A stretch of DNA of 57,265 nucleotides, the filler included, from an uncultured virus (IMG/VR IMGVR_UViG_2049941000_000270) (lineage: Duplodnaviria > Heunggongvirae > Uroviricota > Caudoviricetes). It is 12 parts of one record of this genome, joined end to end, with 100 filler letters (N's around TTAATTAATTAA, not from the genome) between each part and the next. Parts side by side here need not be neighbours in the genome. Positions count along the whole stretch, not along the records: positions 35,385 to 40,817 come from IMGVR_UViG_2049941000_000270; positions 40,918 to 43,554 come from IMGVR_UViG_2049941000_000270; positions 43,655 to 54,793 come from IMGVR_UViG_2049941000_000270; 9 more parts are not named here. One strand, given 5' to 3'. Under the pieces are notes generated by a model. It saw nothing but the letters and a program-made list of their open reading frames with translations. It searched no databases and had not been told where the DNA came from. Below are positions 35,385 through 46,632 of the stretch, in pieces; the stretch's first letter is position 1, and every line of letters starts with the position of its first letter. The position numbers and the translations under genes were made by a program.

Positions 35385-35858
35385 ATATTGTTTAAGGGTT
35401 TCCATTTCCTCATCTGTCAGTTCATCCTCCTTTCTTACAGTCTCACCAGCACCCCTATCAAGCATTCCACCCCAGGTGGATTCATTGACATCAGGATTAT
35501 TCAACTTATCAATGATGTCATCAACAGTAGCGTTTACATTGTTAACCGCATCTTCTATAGTAGGAAGTACAACATCTTCCCAATGGTCTTCAGCATACTG
35601 TAGGAGATTTTCCATATTATACTTGAGTTGTAACATTCTTGGAGCTTCTCTGTAATCCTTTACAAATGCCTTGAAATCTGGCCAACTATCAACAACATAA
35701 TCACCTTTGAATGCAATTGAGGCAAACATATCTATATATGATGCAAGTGCCTTCTGAATTTCTTGAGGAATTTCATCCTCCTTTCTTACAGTTTCACCAG
35801 CACCCCTGTCAAGCATTCCACCCCAGGTTGATTCATTGACAAGCATATTATCTTTATT
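35385..35858 (-). CDS. Modular protein fragment with two identical ES-WGG tag motifs
   Basis: NESTWGGMLDRGAGETVRKED at 35775-35837 and 35424-35486. Confidence 0.75.
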
Positions 35859-35868
35859 NNNNNNNNNN

Positions 35869-36566
35869 TTCTTGACTGCCTCCTCCTTCGGATATGTGGG
35901 AACCATTGTATTGTATTCCTCAATATACTGTGGTTTGTTCTGTTCACATATGAGTTCAGAATGACCACACAGAAGGTTTGTATAACTCTCACCGAATTCA
36001 TGTGTCCTGGTACCGGATATGGTTGCCTTCAGGTTATTGAGTTTCCATTCCTTCTGGACATCATCCTTGTTCTTTCTCCATTTGATTGCATAGTCTGTGG
36101 CCTTCTGATCCCAATCAACTTCCGGTTCATACTCCTTGATGATGTTACTTACAGGTGTATATTCCTCATCATTGATGAAATACTGATGACTCTCCTCAAT
36201 GAACTTGATATCACCAAACTTCTCAAGTACCAGATTCCTGCAATCTCTGACCTTGGAATCTATCACATTCTTATCCTGTACCTTCTTCTCGAAGGAGTTA
36301 TTGAAAATATCATCAAAATCCATAATCTACAATTTACCTATTATCATATCTGGAGTAATGACAACATACTNNNNNNNNNNCTGACATTATTAGTCCTGTT
36401 ATAATCCTTTATGAGACTTTTGTTTGTCTTCCAGTCACCAATCACATAACTGTCCTTTTCACTGTCATAGAACAAAAGGTCACATGTACCGCATATTTTA
36501 AGTGCATCCCTGATGAACTTGGATGAGAGTTTGAACTCTGCACCCACAGGATGAAGATTTGATTCC
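35869..36566 (-). CDS. PD-(D/E)XK (Cas4/RecB-like) exonuclease, mis-ordered fragments; C-terminus at 39471-39628
   Basis: FIEESHQY, PVSNII, GTRTHEFGE (35869-36323); ICGTCDLLF, IGDWKTNK (36381-36566); QFNIYQRML (39471-39628). Confidence 0.75.
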
Positions 36567-36576
36567 NNNNNNNNNN

Positions 36577-36684
36577 CTCATACATATTCTGGGGTTGTCT
36601 GTCTGGAAGAATCAGGGGTGAATTGTTCACACTCTTATCCTTCACCAATATTACAGTATCATTTATTGCCTGAAACTTCATCAT
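36577..36684 (-). CDS. GroES-like co-chaperonin N-terminal fragment
   Basis: MKFQAINDTVILVKDK....SPLILPD resembles the GroES pattern MK..PL.DRV.V.......SGIILPD; only 36 aa visible. Confidence 0.45.
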
Positions 36685-37562
36685 AACCTATCCCTATATT
36701 CCATCATCTTATCCTGAACACCCTTCTTCATCTCTTCAGTCAGATCCTGCTTAAGAAGAAAATCCTCCACATATTCATCACTGCTCTTTGCATCATTGAA
36801 GTTGAACTCACCTGTTGTTTCCAATTCCTGCATCACATTATCACCAACAGGAACAAAACTTCTGTATGATGATTTCAATTGGGAACAGAAGTCATCAAAA
36901 TTACACTTGGTGATGTCACTGNNNNNNNNNNNNNNNNNNNNNNNNNNNNNNNNNNNNNNNNNNNNNNNNNNNNNNNNNNNNNNNNNNNNNNNNNNNNNNN
37001 NNNNNNNNNNNNNNNNNNNNNNNNNNNNNNNNNNNNNNNNNNCATTGATTTTCACACCTGACCTGTTGGCAACCTGTGAACCATTGATTTCAAGATGACC
37101 AAAGATATAATCAACATTGACACCAGAAAGAACCTGTTTCTCCTTTTCAGGATCCTCAATCCAAGGATTGAAAAGACAGGACTTTCCATCAATGACCTCA
37201 ACAATCGGTGTGTAATACACTTTCACACCAGGTATGTGCTTCAACATATTGATTGATGTGATGTCATTGGTTGACTTCTTCAGGATGTCATGGTTACCCA
37301 CAGTTATCCTGATGTCCTTGAAGATTTCAGAGAACTGCTCAAAAAGTTTGATGACTCTGTGTATGGTGTTCAGACCAATTGTTGAGCGGTTGTCAAAGAC
37401 ATCTCCGAGATGAATGAGCATATCTCCCTCCTTCACTTCCTTCCTCATCAATGGTATGACAACATCTTCAAAGTAACCTATGTAATCATCAAGCCACTCC
37501 TCATCATCACCTTTATAACCAAAGTGAGTGTCTGCTAAAAGCCAAATCTTTCTATTTTCCAT
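36681..37562 (-). CDS. Mre11/SbcD-type recombination nuclease (T4 gp47-like), gapped
   Basis: ADTHFG, HLGDVFDNR, VGNHD, FGHLE; the missing GHIH motif is on the fragment at 40524-40817. Confidence 0.9.
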   Translation of the reverse strand: MENRKIWLLADTHFGYKGDDEEWLDDYIGYFEDVVIPLMRKEVKEGDMLIHLGDVFDNRSTIGLNTIHRVIKLFEQFSEIFKDIRITVGNHDILKKSTNDITSINMLKHIPGVKVYYTPIVEVIDGKSCLFNPWIEDPEKEKQVLSGVNVDYIFGHLEINGSQVANRSGVKINXXXXXXXXXXXXXXXXXXXXXXXXXXXXXXXXXXXXXXXXXSDITKCNFDDFCSQLKSSYRSFVPVGDNVMQELETTGEFNFNDAKSSDEYVEDFLLKQDLTEEMKKGVQDKMMEYRDRL

Positions 37563-37626
37563 ACATTAAATATAACAATAAAGGAGGTATTTTGTAACCC
37601 CCTTCATTTAATGGTCTGAAAATGAA

Positions 37627-38380
37627 TTAGATAAGACCCCACTCTGCCAGGACTTCAAATCCACCGATAGAGTCAATATATGCCTTTGCTTCCTCTACAA
37701 TCTTTGAATAAGGGATACCATTCACTTCAGTATCACCAATGGCACAGAAGAATGTCTGTGTTCTACCGGTTCTCTGTGCTTCCAGGAAAGCATAGATATT
37801 GACAGACACATCTGCCTTTGATATATCCTTTCCATTGATACCACCACCAGTAACACCACGACCCATATCTGAACCAAGTTTGCGGTTGACAGCACCAGTA
37901 TCAACATTTGTTCCACCAGTCCAGTCACCCAGAGGATTGACAGTTATGTTATACTCTGGATAGTTGTATTGGAGTTCTGCCTTGAGTTCTTCTGAATTTG
38001 CGCAACTCTGACATACAATCAAAGTCTTTGTCTTGTCATCAATGACATACTTNNNNNNNNNNTATGGGTTCACCCTTGAAGATACCATTGTCACCACAAC
38101 GGATCTCACCATCCTGGTTGTGTGCCAGGTGTTCATCCTGGGGAACATTGATGAGTTTAAGTTTTACATCATCACCTGCTATCCTCTTGACAACCGGTAA
38201 CACATTCTCATCATTGAAATTGAAACTTGACTCTGCAATAATGGTGCAAAGTCCATGACCAAGGAGTACCTCTATTGCAACCTTGGGATTTTGTTGATTA
38301 GCATATGCAAGGTCAACCAATGCACCAGCAATACGATCTGCCACCTTATCAGGGTGACTTGGATTTACTTTCTCAAACAT
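37627..38380 (-). CDS. metK: S-adenosylmethionine synthetase (phage-type), gapped
   Basis: EKVNPSHPDKVADRIA, CGDNG, VNPLGDWTGG, DTGAVNRKL, GGGINGKDISKAD. Confidence 0.88.
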
Positions 38381-39295
38381 ACTTTATAATATTAANNNNN
38401 NNNNNNNNNNNNNNNNNNNNNNNNNNNNNNNNNNNNNNNNNNNNNNNNNNNNNNNNNNNNNNNNNNNNNNNNNNNNNNNNNNNNNNNNNNNNNNNNNNNN
38501 NNNNNNNNNNNNNNNNNNNNNNNNNNNNNNNNNNNNNNNNNNNNNNNNNNNNNNNNNNNNNNNNNNNNNNNNNNNNNNNNNNNNNNNNNNNNNNNNNNNN
38601 NNNNNNNNNNNNNNNNNNNNNNNNNNNNNNNNNNNNNNNNNNNNNNNNNNNNNNNNNNNNNNNNNNNNNNNNNNNNNNNNNNNNNNNNNNNNNNNNNNNN
38701 NNNNNNNNNNNNNNNNNNNNNNNNNNNNNNNNNNNNNNNNNNNNNNNNNNNNNNNNNNNNNNNNNNNNNNNNNNNNNNNNNNNNNNNNNNNNNNNNNNNN
38801 NNNNNNNNNNNNNNNNNNNNNNNNNNNNNNNNNNNNNNNNNNNNNNNNNNNNNNNNNNNNNNNNNNNNNNNNNNNNNNNNNNNNNNNNNNNNNNNNNNNN
38901 NNNNNNNNNNNNNNNNNNNNNNNNNNNNNNNNNNNNNNNNNNNNNNNNNNNNNNNNNNNNNNNNNNNNNNNNNNNNNNNNNNNNNNNNNNNNNNNNNNNN
39001 NNNNNNNNNNNNNNNNNNNNNNNNNNNNNNNNNNNNNNNNNNNNNGAATTCTGGGCATATTCTGAAATCCAGGATTTTGACCTTACTAATGATTTTATTG
39101 AAAGAGTATCAGAAGAGGATTACATATCCATCTGTAAAGGTATTGCCACAAAACTGAAAGAAGTTGGAGGAGACATTGCACAACTTCCAAGAAGACATTC
39201 CACAATTTCTAAAATAAAAGACCGTGATTTCAATGATGAATATGTATTTAAACTCATTGATGAATCTGATATTGCATGGTGGGGANNNNNNNNNN

Positions 39296-39442
39296 ATAAA
39301 ATATCCTTTTCTCATATTTGGACTTGATATAATCATAAAGACCATCAAAATCAAGGAGATTGACATCATCCTCCTTTCTGATAGTCTCTCCTGTACCCCT
39401 GTCAAGAATATCTCCCCAGACTGATTCACTAATTTTCTTCAT
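39296..39442 (-). CDS. ES-WGG leader protein, N-terminal fragment
   Basis: MKKISESVWGDILDRGTGETIRKED; CATAAATA ends 5 nt upstream of the ATG. Confidence 0.75.
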
Positions 39443-39455
39443 AATAATATTTATG

Positions 39456-39485
39456 AAAAAAAGGTGAGAATCACTTCTCACCTTT
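39456..39485 (-). terminator. Intrinsic terminator abutting a late promoter
   Basis: AAAGGTGAGAA-TCAC-TTCTCACCTTT; CATAAATA (minus strand) at 39448-39455. Confidence 0.75.
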
Positions 39486-40523
39486 CAGTATCTTATCCAG
39501 TACATTGTCCGGAATCTTGTCTATATAAATCCTCTCATATGTTCCGTCATCCTTCAACCAAATAAGTACCCTGTCTATGATTTTGAGTCCTATTGACTCA
39601 AGCATCCTCTGGTATATGTTGAACTGGANNNNNNNNNNNNNNNNNNNNNNNNNNNNNNNNNNNNNNNNNNNNNNNNNNNNNNNNNNNNNNNNNNNNNNNN
39701 NNNNNNNNNNNNNNNNNNNNNNNNNNNNNNNNNNNNNNNNNNNNNNNNNNNNNNNNNNNNNNNNNNNNNNNNNNNNNNNNNNNNNNNNNNNNNNNNNNNN
39801 NNNNNNNNNNNNNNNNNNNNNNNNNNNNNNNNNNNNNNNNNNNNNNNNNNNNNNNNNNNNNNNNNNNNNNNNNNNNNNNNNNNNNNNNNNNNNNNNNNNN
39901 NNNNNNNNNNNNNNNNNNNNNNNNNNNNNNNNNNNNNNNNNNNNNNNNNNNNNNNNNNNNNNNNNNNNNNNNNNNNNNNNNNNNNNNNNNNNNNNNNNNN
40001 NNNNNNNNNNNNNNNNNNNNNNNNNNNNNNNNNNNNNNNNNNNNNNNNNNNNNNNNNNNNNNNNNNNNNNNNNNNNNNNNNNNNNNNNNNNNNNNNNNNN
40101 NNNNNNNNNNNNNNNNNNNNNNNNNNNNNNNNNNNNNNNNNNNNNNNNNNNNNNNNNNNNNNNNNNNNNNNNNNNNNNNNNNNNNNNNNNNNNNNNNNNN
40201 NNNNNNNNNNNNNNNNNNNNNNNNNNNNNNNNNNNNNNNNNNNNNNNNNNNNNNNNNNNNNNNNNNNNNNNNNNNNNNNNNNNNNNNNNNNNNNNNNNNN
40301 NNNNNNNNNNNNNNNNNNNNNNNNNNNNNNNNNNNNNNNNNNNNNNNNNNNNNNNNNNNNNNNNNNNNNNNNNNNNNNNNNNNNNNNNNNNNNNNNNNNN
40401 NNNNNNNNNNNNNNNNNNNNNNNNNNNNNNNNNNNNNNNNNNNNNNNNNNNNNNNNNNNNNNNNNNNNNNNNNNNNNNNNNNNNNNNNNNNNNNNNNNNN
40501 NNNNNNNNNNNNNNNNNNNNNNN

Positions 40524-40817
40524 NCTCTTTATATGGAGTTCAATCCTGTTGTTCTTCCATCTTTCATTCAGTTCACCTACTGTTGTATAGATGAGATCAT
40601 AAATGTTCTCTTTCATATATTTGGGTGAAACAGTGTTCTCAATGAAACTGGTTTTTCCAGTCTTAATTTCCAGGACTGTTATACCTTTTATATTATCCCT
40701 GTCACCTCTGTCCTTATGATAAGGATTACCTACATAATGGATATTCTTATTGTCCTGTCTGATGTGAATGTGTCCGGCATATACCTGGGATTTCTTAAAG
40801 TCTCCACCCTGGACACC
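40524..40817 (-). CDS. Middle fragment of the gp47-like nuclease
   Basis: My translation: FKKSQVYAGHIHIRQDNKNIHYVGNPY...D....KG. Confidence 0.75.
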
Positions 40818-41167
40818 NNNNNNNNNNNNNNNNNNNNNNNNNNNNNNNNNNNNNNNNNNNNTTAATTAATTAANNNNNNNNNNNNNNNNNNNNNNNNNNN
40901 NNNNNNNNNNNNNNNNNCATATTGGGACCTGACAATTGAACATGTGACCCCATATGGTAATGATACTTTTTCAATGTATGCTCATGGACCAAGAGCACCC
41001 TGGCAGGAATATTACTCAAAGATGAGAACACTTGAAAAAAGAAGTATAAGATACAGACTTGAAAACAAGAAGTTCTATGCATATCCATTTAAATATGGAG
41101 ATGGAAGGGTAGAGTATCATTTAAGGGAACAAAGTACTCATAAAGGTGAAAAAGGAATTGAATTGAA

Positions 41168-41823
41168 ATGATTAAGATAGGAATAGATTACAGTCTGATA
41201 TCCCCGGCGATATGTGTTTACAAGGATGGAGAATATTCTTTCATCTCCTTCTTTGATGATTATGGAAAGGACTGGAAAGGGGGAAAGATAAAGGCATTCA
41301 ACTACCATAGGGATCTGTCAAAGTTTATGGAGATGAATCCCTACACAAGACATATTGAAAAGAAGGATTACAGGGAGGAACAGAAGACAAAGATGGCAGC
41401 TGCGAAGATGATCGCCCACAAGATTTCCAACAGACTTGTAGAACTTGTAGGTGATGAAGAGGTTGTCATAGGTCTTGAAGGATTCTCTTATGGAAGTATA
41501 TCATCATCCACCCTGGACCTGGCACTCTTCAATTCATTCCTCAGGATTAAACTCCTGGAGGATTTTGGTGAGGACTGTCTTGTCATAATTTCCCCGACAG
41601 AAGGTAAGAAGAATCTGTCAGGTAAGGGAAATGCAAAGAAGGAGGATATGATCCAGGCTTTCATTGAGAACAGAACTTCTGACCCTGACATTGAAAGATG
41701 TCCCTTCTGGNNNNNNNNNNATGTCCCTTCTGGAAATACTGCAAGGAAAATGAACTTGATTATAAGAACATAAAACCAATTGATGACCTTGTGGATTCAT
41801 ATGGTATATTGAGAAGCATATGA
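41168..41823 (+). CDS. RuvC-like Holliday junction resolvase/nuclease (gap near C-terminus)
   Basis: IGIDYSLISPA, IGLEGFSYG, ISPTEGKK..SGKGNAKKEDM, KPIDDLVDSY after the gap. Confidence 0.8.
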
Positions 41824-42006
41824 AGAAGTTAAGTAACATATTAAAGGAATCAGTCTGGGGAGGTATCCTGGACAGGGGTACTGGTGAAACCATCAAAAAA
41901 GAAGATGAATTAAACAACAAATCTCCTGAAGAATTTGTTGATTATCTGAAAGACCATTATTTTATTAATGATTATAGGGTTAGTGATATAAAATATGTAC
42001 CTAACC
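41820..42006 (+). CDS. ES-WGG leader protein, N-terminal fragment
   Basis: MKKLSNILKESVWGGILDRGTGETIKKED; ATGA overlap with the resolvase stop. Confidence 0.75.
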
Positions 42007-42016
42007 NNNNNNNNNN

Positions 42017-42870
42017 CTTTGGAATTCATTGATTTTATCATTGACAATATAGATGATAATGTAACCTGTTGTATTTCCAGAAAAACAAATGAATCCACCT
42101 GGGGTGGTATGTTGGATAGAGGTTCAGGTGATGAGATAAGAAAAGAAGACTTTGGTGCTGAACTTGAGATTGATGGTGTAAAATACACATTCACCAAAGA
42201 CTTCTGGGAAATGGGTGACAAATATAAAGAGGAAAATGAATGTGACTGGACTTGCTTTGCTTTCAATAAAATGCCGGATGGAAGTAAAACAATAAGTGGT
42301 GACACTGAAGTTGCCGGAGCATTTGCTTCAGATAAAAATGATTTCAATGATTATAAATATGACATATATGTATTGAAAGACTATTTTGAAAAAACAAAAG
42401 AGGATCTGGTAAAGATTTCAACAGACAATGGTGACATCAATGATATAGAATTTGATGTAATTAAAAAAATACTAATAGACTATACTGAAGAAATATTTGA
42501 AAAACATATGTCTGATTATGCATATTACTACATATATAATCTTCAAAATACAGAATGGACATATAATCTGATGGATGTCTATACTACAACAGATGACTTT
42601 GATGACATCATCATAGATGAATTTGAAGACAATGTCATAAAGGAAGTACATTNNNNNNNNNNTCCTGATCCAGAAGGAAGGTCTCTTGCTGATTTTGAAA
42701 CAGATATGTTTACAGAGTATCCGGAATTAGTTGATGTTGATTTCTTCACTTGGACATTTTATGATGGTTATAATATAGGTATCCCTATCAATTATGACAC
42801 ACTTGTTAATTTCAAGAAATATAAAGAATTCACTAAAAACTGGTTTAAGATAAATGAAGAAGCTGAGTAA
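42017..42870 (+). CDS. Acidic modular protein with an internal ES-WGG motif; gapped
   Basis: NESTWGGMLDRGSGDEIRKED at 42088-42150. Confidence 0.7.
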
Positions 42871-43173
42871 AATAGATGAATCAGTCTGGGGTGGTATATT
42901 AGACAGGGGTACTGGTGATGTCATAAGAAAGGAAAACATATTTACCTTCAACATCAAAAATATGAAACCTGTTGATTTAGGTCATGATTTTCCTGTTTAT
43001 TGGGCAGACATTGACCTGGAAGCAAATGGTGAAAACAGATTTGACTGGGAGGATGTTCAAAAAATGATTCCACAAATAGAAAAGACAGGATGGAGACTCC
43101 CAAAGGGACCAATGGAAATACGTAATATGTTCGGTAAGGATATCAAGGAAAGAAATGAATATCTTCATAGAAT
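42854..43173 (+). CDS. ES-WGG leader fused to a DUF1566/Lcl-like domain; truncated
   Basis: MKKLSKIDESVWGGILDRGTG then PVDLG...VYWADIDL...FDWED...GWRLP. Confidence 0.7.
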
Positions 43174-43300
43174 NNNNNNNNNNNNNNNNNNNNNNNNNNN
43201 NNNNNNNNNNNNNNNNNNNNNNNNNNNNNNNNNNNNNNNNNNNNNNNNNNNNNNNNNNNNNNNNNNNNNNNNNNNNNNNNNNNNNNNTTGTCAAAGATAA

Positions 43301-43554
43301 ATGAAGAAGCTGAGTAAAATAGATGAATCCACCTGGGGTGGTATGTTAGACAGGGGTACTGGTGATGCCATAAGAAGGGAAGACTTACCGGGACAGAATA
43401 AGGAACACTGGTGGAAAAACATTGAATTACCAAATCCCCCGAAGTATACAGCAGAGGAACTCAGGGGATTGGATATGATATATGATTTTGTTGTGAATAA
43501 AATAAGAAAAGTATTCAAAGACAAATGGCCATACCAGATAGTACTCCACTTTGA
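43301..43554 (+). CDS. ES-WGG leader protein with an unrelated cargo domain; truncated
   Basis: MKKLSKIDESTWGGMLDRGTGDAIRRED. Confidence 0.75.
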
Positions 43555-44871
43555 NNNNNNNNNNNNNNNNNNNNNNNNNNNNNNNNNNNNNNNNNNNNTT
43601 AATTAATTAANNNNNNNNNNNNNNNNNNNNNNNNNNNNNNNNNNNNNNNNNNNNTCCTATAGTAAAGTTACTGATACTCTTAGTGTTTCTGTTATTGAAT
43701 GGAAAATAAATGGAAAACACTATCATATGGATACTGTATTCTATGAATATGATACCAATACCATATATATTGCTAAAGGGTTTTATGAAGACACATTTAA
43801 AAGATTAATGTTCCGTTCACCATTTTCTCTTTCAATATATGATGATGATTATTATTCCATANNNNNNNNNNNNNNNNNNNNNNNNNNNNNNNNNNNNNNN
43901 NNNNNNNNNNNNNNNNNNNNNNNNNNNNNNNNNNNNNNNNNNNNNNNNNNNNNNNNNNNNNNNNNNNNNNNNNNNNNNNNNNNNNNNNNNNNNNNNNNNN
44001 NNNNNNNNNNNNNNNNNNNNNNNNNNNNNNNNNNNNNNNNNNNNNNNNNNNNNNNNNNNNNNNNNNNNNNNNNNNNNNNNNNNNNNNNNNNNNNNNNNNN
44101 NNNNNNNNNNNNNNNNNNNNNNNNNNNNNNNNNNNNNNNNNNNNNNNNNNNNNNNNNNNNNNNNNNNNNNNNNNNNNNNNNNNNNNNNNNNNNNNNNNNN
44201 NNNNNNNNNNNNNNNNNNNNNNNNNNNNNNNNNNNNNNNNNNNNNNNNNNNNNNNNNNNNNNNNNNNNNNNNNNNNNNNNNNNNNNNNNNNNNNNNNNNN
44301 NNNNNNNNNNNNNNNNNNNNNNNNNNNNNNNNNNNNNNNNNNNNNNNNNNNNNNNNNNNNNNNNNNNNNNNNNNNNNNNNNNNNNNNNNNNNNNNNNNNN
44401 NNNNNNNNNNNNNNNNNNNNNNNNNNNNNNNNNNNNNNNNNNNNNNNNNNNNNNNNNNNNNNNNNNNNNNNNNNNNNNNNNNNNNNNNNNNNNNNNNNNN
44501 NNNNNNNNNNNNNNNNNNNNNNNNNNNNNNNNNNNNNNNNNNNNNNNNNNNNNNNNNNNNNNNNNNNNNNNNNNNNNNNNNNNNNNNNNNNNNNNNNNNN
44601 NNNNNNNNNNNNNNNNNNNNNNNNNNNNNNNNNNNNNNNNNNNNNNNNNNNNNNNNNNNNNNNNNNNNNNNNNNNNNAATACAGATTGGAGTTCAAGACT
44701 GGAAAAGGCATTGAAATTTGCATATAAAAAAATTGGATGGAAAATATCAAAAGAATATGAGTTAGACCCATTTGAAAGTCCAGGTAGTACAAAATGTATC
44801 TGTTTTGTTTTGTTAGGTGAAGAGAAAGAAAATACAGAAGAAGATGATGAAGATCACAGAGACTATTAATT

Positions 44872-45426
44872 ATGAAGAAGTTAAGTAAAATAGATGAATC
44901 AGTCTGGGGAGGTATCCTGGATAGAGGTACTGGTGAAACCGTAAGAAAAGAGGATGACAATATATCCTTTCCATTGATANNNNNNNNNNGTAATATCTCA
45001 TCACTCAAACCTATTGATATGGGTGGATCTGTCCTCTGGGCAGACCAAAACCTGATAGTTGATGGAGAAGAGATATTTGAATACGATGAAGCAAATGACC
45101 TCATATCTAATTCAGAATGGAGACTCCCAACACTAAAGGAGGTTGCTGAACTATATGGACATAACATATACTATGATTCAGAATATATATACCTTGATGA
45201 TATTAAGAAAATATCATTCAAAAAATGTGGTTATGGGTATCCTAAAAGCACTATAATTGATAACCATAAAGCATTTTATGGATGGACATCTGAACCATAT
45301 GTAAAAAACCCAAGAGATATCAATGTGTTTATCATAGACCATTATACATTAGATTACACAGAAATTGAACCGGTAAGTATCCCTGTTACTCAAGAGAGAA
45401 ATGCTAAATGTTGTATAAGACTGGTC
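44872..45426 (+). CDS. ES-WGG leader plus DUF1566/Lcl-like (C-type lectin-fold) domain; 10-N gap between them
   Basis: MKKLSKIDESVWGGILDRGTGETVRKED; PIDMGGSVLWADQNL, WRLPTLKEVAEL, GWTSE, CCIRLV. Confidence 0.7.
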
Positions 45427-45646
45427 NNNNNNNNNNNNNNNNNNNNNNNNNNNNNNNNNNNNNNNNNNNNNNNNNNNNNNNNNNNNNNNNNNNNNNNNNN
45501 NNNNNNNNNNNNNNNNNNNNNNNNNNNNNNNNNNNNNNNNNNNNNNNNNNNNNNNNNNNNNNNNNNNNNNNNNNNNNNNNNNNNNNNNNNNNNNNNNNNN
45601 NNNNNNNNNNNNNNNNNNNNNNNNNNNNNNNNNNNNNNNNNNNNNN

Positions 45647-46487
45647 GGGTAAGAACCACATATGTCTTGGTGCCCTTTGCATCCACAGAGATGAACTTAA
45701 TCTTGTTGCTGTGGAACTCAATGTCATAATGTTCATCTGAATCAATCCAGACAAAGTATGACTTGTTGAAGCAGTGGAGATAAGGTTCATCAGTCTTACT
45801 TTCACCATCTTCATAAGAAAGCTTCTTGGTATAAAGTTTGTCAAATGCATTGAACTCCTCAATAAGTCCATCCTCCAGGAATTTATTGACTGTCTCACGG
45901 ACATTCTCATCAGTACTCTCAATTTCAGATACCAGTACAGTCTCACCACTGATTGAGAAGAATACTCTGCAAGACTCCTTGTTAAGAGCAAAGAGTTGAG
46001 ACAGATACTTGAACTCATTCTCTGAAATACCAACCTTATGTTCAAGAGTTGAATTATCCTCAAAGATACTCTGACGGGCATGGTCAGGAATCTCCAGGAA
46101 GGCCAATGCCTCCTTATCTGCTGCCGGAACTGTAAGGTTTACCTCATCATTGGCAACAATGACCTTCTTTGCATAACCATTATCCTCTATATAGAAGGTA
46201 ACTGTTACACCATCTGTACCTACAAGACCAAGTACAGAAACCAGCTTACCAGCATTGGTGAACTGAATCTTTACAAGACTGTCTGCACACTCATTGACAA
46301 AACTCTCACAATACTGATTGAGATCAGCAGTGATAGACTTCAATGCAGACTTGTTCTTATTATAAGCGGTTGACTCGAACCTGTCACCCTGGACATTTAT
46401 AAAAATCATATTGTCCAATGAGGCACTTCTCTTGATGAGAGTATTAAACTCCTTTACATCACAATTCTTTAAAATGATTTTCTTCAT
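45647..46487 (-). CDS. Putative DNA polymerase sliding clamp (gp45-like)
   Basis: About 280 aa alternating alpha/beta pattern, acidic, near polB, shares the replication-gene upstream motif; no diagnostic motif seen. Confidence 0.45.
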
Positions 46488-46517
46488 ACTTATTTAAAAC
46501 TATTAGAATATTTTCTG

Positions 46518-46534
46518 TACATTAAATATAACAA
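46518..46534 (-). promoter_or_regulatory. TTGTTATATTT(A/G/T) motif upstream of replication genes (representative copy)
   Basis: Copies at 1781(+), 30908(-), 37567(-), 46523(-), 47317(-), 50293(-); partial at 26321(+). Confidence 0.7.
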
Positions 46535-46632
46535 ATAATTCTCAAAACAGAGCAATTTCTTCAGGTTGTCCGTCAAATCTCTCCATTTTGTAATTATCCC
46601 AGTTCATTATTTTTGCTGGGGTNNNNNNNNNN

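Noticed and set aside
35337..36323. Exonuclease fused to ES-WGG tag modules
   Set aside because: Joined across an N gap; the nuclease's remaining motifs lie on other fragments (36381-36566, 39471-39628).
35869..36566. Cas4-like nuclease as evidence of a CRISPR-Cas system
   Set aside because: No array or other cas genes; stand-alone PD-(D/E)XK nucleases are common in phages.
42854..45426. Diversity-generating retroelement
   Set aside because: Target-like domains are present, but no reverse transcriptase or template/variable repeat pair is visible.
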